Shown here: positions 60,885-64,000 of the stretch, piece after piece
How the letters are laid out: every line of letters begins with the position of its first letter
Position numbering within the stretch: the first letter of the stretch is position 1
Assembly (NCBI GenBank): GCA_050298595.1
Contig: JBNKUM010000024.1
Span: 64,001-128,000, forward strand
Source: Gammaproteobacteria bacterium
Lineage (GTDB): Bacteria > Pseudomonadota > Gammaproteobacteria > GCA-001735895
DNA: 64,000 bases
Reading direction: 5' to 3'
Translations under genes and position numbers: made by a program
Notes under the pieces: generated by a model
Database searches by the model: none
What the model saw: the letters and a program-made list of their open reading frames with translations, nothing else
Told to the model about the DNA's origin: nothing

Positions 60885-61709
60885 TTACTGAAGATTTTTA
60901 TACAGGAACGCCAATGTACGTGACCAGGCCAGTGCTGCATCATCTGCATCGTAACGTGCCCCACTCGGGTTGGCGAAGGCATGATTAGCGGTATACCAGT
61001 GGTGGGTATAGTTATGTTTACCTGCGGCATCCAGTGATTTTTCAAACCCTCCAACCATCTTTTCATTGATGTTTTTATCTAAAGTGCCGAAGTGTCCTAG
61101 CACTGGGCCACGCAAAGAGGCTAATTGAGCTGACGTTTTTTTCACATTGCCATAATAAATCACCGTGGCATCAACTGGTGCCAGTAGTGAGGCATTCAAC
61201 GACCATCCACCGCCAAAACACCAGCCGCAGGTACCCACCTTACCATTGCCTTTTGAATTATCTTTCAGCCAGTTAACCCAGGCCACTACTGCTTCATTAG
61301 CCCATTTTTGATCCATTCCCTGCATCAGTGCCTTAGCACCTTTTGCCTCGGTTGCCGCCTTGCCGTTGTACATATCGACTGCTACGGTAAGAAAGCCCTG
61401 TTTGGCAAATTCACTGGCGACACTTTTTATCTGATCGTTAAGGCCCCACCATTCATGGATGAGCAGCAGGGTTGGTGCATTTTTCTGCTCAGGGTAGGCA
61501 ACAACTGCCGAAGTACTAGCGCCAGAAGCGGTTTTAATTTTGACTGTTTCCAGCCCCTTGCCTGCCGCCTGTGCCAGCACAGGATCCGCTAATACGGCAG
61601 CAAGGGGCAAACTGATCAGGCCTTTGATAAACGCTCGACGTTTTTCTTCAGGTACGATAATGGGGGGCATATGGCTATAATCGGTGCCACAACCGAATTC
61701 ATCACACAT
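60885..61709 (-). CDS. Dienelactone hydrolase family protein, Tat signal
   Basis: RRAFIKG, IHEWWGLN, GWCFGG, HAFANPS. Confidence 0.92.
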   Translation of the reverse strand: MCDEFGCGTDYSHMPPIIVPEEKRRAFIKGLISLPLAAVLADPVLAQAAGKGLETVKIKTASGASTSAVVAYPEQKNAPTLLLIHEWWGLNDQIKSVASEFAKQGFLTVAVDMYNGKAATEAKGAKALMQGMDQKWANEAVVAWVNWLKDNSKGNGKVGTCGWCFGGGWSLNASLLAPVDATVIYYGNVKKTSAQLASLRGPVLGHFGTLDKNINEKMVGGFEKSLDAAGKHNYTHHWYTANHAFANPSGARYDADDAALAWSRTLAFLYKNLQ

Positions 61710-61820
61710 CTTTCTCTCCTCTGGTTATTCCGGTCAACCCGGATTGAAACTATTTTTATAATATTGCTTCTATAGATGATCAATAATACCGTTCATTTAT
61801 TCCCTGTTCAGCTCGAATCT

Positions 61821-64000
61821 TTAGCCTCTGGCAGCTTCCAGGCCCGATTCTTTAGTCGACTTGCTGGATATTTTTTGCAGGTACTCATGCACATCCTCAT
61901 AGATAGATAGCATCGCTGGAATCATGAGTAAAATCAACAAAGTCGCATAGGCCAGACCGAAAGCAATCGAAACTGCCATCGGAATCAGGAACTGAGCCTG
62001 ACGTGAGGTTTCGAATAATAATGGCGTCAATCCTGCGACAGTAGTTAAAGAGGTTAACAGCACAGCACGTAACCTCTGGCATGCTGCCTCCACCAGTGCT
62101 TCCTTAATCGCCAGCCCTTTGCCCCGGAGATGCTTGTAGAAAATCACCAGAATAATTGAATCATTCACCACGATTCCAGACAGTCCAAAGAAACCGAATA
62201 GCGACAGAATCGTCATATCCATACCCATCAGCCAGTGCCCAAGCACGGCACCCGTCAATCCAAGCGGGATAGCAACCATCACCAGCAAGGGCCAGCCGTA
62301 AGAAGAAAACACCCACGCCAGCACCAGATAAATTAATGAAAGCCCAACGATACCCCCAATCATCAGATCGGCAAAGGCATCCCGCTGACTGGCGGCACGA
62401 CCTTCCAGTGAATAATCGATAGAATACTTTGCAGCCAGTGCTGGAAGGGCAGATTTTCTGAGGTCGTTGGTAATATCCTGAATACTATTCTGGCTAGAAT
62501 CCACGTCGGCAGTCACCGACACCGCCAGCTTTCCATTGGCATGTCGCAGCGCTTCAAAACCCTGTTGAGACGACCAGGAAGCAACCGATTTCAGCGCTAC
62601 GAAAGAGCCATCGGGTAAGCGAATCGGTAATTCCTCCAGACTGGCCAGATAGCGGCGTTCATTATCCGGCAGCTGTATGCGCACTTCGACTTCATCGGCA
62701 CCATCCTGAAATCGTTGCAGGCGGATACCATCATAAGCCGCTCTTAATTGATTGCCCAGATCAGCAATACTCAAGCCCAGAGCCTCTCCGGCTGGAGTGA
62801 GCGAATAGATCAACTGCTCATTACCATAGGGTAGGTCATCATCTATAGCGCTAACACCCGGCAAACCCTTAAGTGCTTCAGCAAGCTCCAGTGCCGCCAG
62901 CTTCATAGAAGATGGATCATTCCCCATCAGTCGAATATCCAGATCTCTGCTTGGTGGCCCCATACGCTGCGCTTCAATCTTGAAACTTTCCACACCCGCA
63001 GGCACCTTAATTTGTTTTCTCCAGGCTTTTATAAACGCATTATTACTCGTTTTCCGACTATCTGGTGCAACCAGCTCAACATAAATAGAACCATTACGCT
63101 CTCCCGCCAGTGATCTCCCTGCCCCGCTGGAAGAAGCATGCAGTACATAATAGGTATCGACTACTTTTTCATCTATGCCCTTAACTGTTTTCTGCAGACT
63201 ATCCTCGAGGTTATTCAGAAAACCATCCACAGACTCCTGCCCTGTACCCGCCACAAAACGCACATTCGCATACAGCGTACTGGAATCAGGTGAAGGGAAG
63301 AAAAACCATCCAACTCTGCTTCCTGCAATCAGCCCCACCGCAAAAATTAACATTCCAATACCTAAAGCAATCGTGCTCCAGCGATTTTTAATAGCCAATG
63401 TCACCAGCGGGCGGAATTTTTTATCCCTGAAGTTCGCAAAACCATCATCCAGACGTTTTTTGAATTTAGATTTTTTATCATCATGCGAATCAACAAAGGC
63501 ATGCCTTAAATGCCCCGGCAGGATGTAGAAGCTTTCAATCAGTGAAGCAATAATCACACTGATAATCACCATAGGAATCGCTGACATGATATTGCCCATA
63601 CGGCCCCCGACCAGCAACAAGGGCATAAATGCCGCAATAGTTGTCAAGGACGAAGCCATAACCGGAGCCAGCATACGCCTGGCTCCTCCCTCGGAAGCCT
63701 TAAGTGCATCCTCACCCATATCAAAATGCGCCTGGGCATCTTCACCCACCACAATTGCATCATCTACGATAATGCCCAGCGCCATGATCAATGCAAACAG
63801 ACTGATCATATTAATAGACTCGCCTGCAACCAGCATTACCGCAAGCGTTGCCATAAAGGAAACCGGGATCCCTACGGCCACCCAGAAAGCAACACGGGTA
63901 GATAAAAAGGCGTACAGAATCATCAACACCAGAACCAGTCCACCCGCACCATTTTTCACCAACAACATGATGCGCTGCTTAAGTAATTGCCAATTTTCAT
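61821..64000 (-). CDS. RND efflux permease (AcrB/CzcA superfamily), 5'-truncated
   Basis: GIIVDDAIVVGE, SSLTT, GIVVNDSII, RLRAVLLTSLTT. Confidence 0.94.
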   Translation of the reverse strand, partial: ENWQLLKQRIMLLVKNGAGGLVLVLMILYAFLSTRVAFWVAVGIPVSFMATLAVMLVAGESINMISLFALIMALGIIVDDAIVVGEDAQAHFDMGEDALKASEGGARRMLAPVMASSLTTIAAFMPLLLVGGRMGNIMSAIPMVIISVIIASLIESFYILPGHLRHAFVDSHDDKKSKFKKRLDDGFANFRDKKFRPLVTLAIKNRWSTIALGIGMLIFAVGLIAGSRVGWFFFPSPDSSTLYANVRFVAGTGQESVDGFLNNLEDSLQKTVKGIDEKVVDTYYVLHASSSGAGRSLAGERNGSIYVELVAPDSRKTSNNAFIKAWRKQIKVPAGVESFKIEAQRMGPPSRDLDIRLMGNDPSSMKLAALELAEALKGLPGVSAIDDDLPYGNEQLIYSLTPAGEALGLSIADLGNQLRAAYDGIRLQRFQDGADEVEVRIQLPDNERRYLASLEELPIRLPDGSFVALKSVASWSSQQGFEALRHANGKLAVSVTADVDSSQNSIQDITNDLRKSALPALAAKYSIDYSLEGRAASQRDAFADLMIGGIVGLSLIYLVLAWVFSSYGWPLLVMVAIPLGLTGAVLGHWLMGMDMTILSLFGFFGLSGIVVNDSIILVIFYKHLRGKGLAIKEALVEAACQRLRAVLLTSLTTVAGLTPLLFETSRQAQFLIPMAVSIAFGLAYATLLILLMIPAMLSIYEDVHEYLQKISSKSTKESGLEAARG

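Overview
64 kb of gene-dense gammaproteobacterial chromosome. The organism is probably a marine, possibly sulfur-oxidising chemolithotroph, inferred from NhaD, TRAP, a secreted DsrE-like protein and the hppA/pfp cluster. In order: a 5'-truncated hybrid histidine kinase; pntAB; a small accessory islet (Cys-rich lipoprotein, SnoaL-like protein, alpha/beta hydrolase); an RDD-SpoIIM-DUF4129-DUF4350-MoxR-DUF58 operon flanked by three membrane proteins sharing an N-terminal N(x)xYxxPxxxL motif; an ABC exporter, rof, a class V PLP enzyme and nhaD; the mrdA-rodA-mltB-rlpA-dacA-dat-ybeD-lipB-lipA block; a pyrophosphate-centred cluster (hppA, adk, pfp, ppa); a GGDEF and a TetR gene; a PP2C-TM-FGE fusion; an ArsS-type radical SAM plus two-glycosyltransferase cluster; pyrD; a Crp/Fnr-DUF2892-TPMT-DUF2797-DUF971/MoaD run; a frameshifted Rieske protein; a degenerate GGDEF protein; a TRAP transporter; a dienelactone hydrolase; and a 5'-truncated RND pump. 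No rRNA, tRNA, CRISPR array, prophage or transposase was seen. The most striking unannotated signal is a family of small nested palindromic (MITE/REP-like) elements whose termini supply the stop codons of two ORFs, one of them a 19-codon stub of the gene the TetR operator appears to control. All family assignments come from motif recognition by eye, not database searches.
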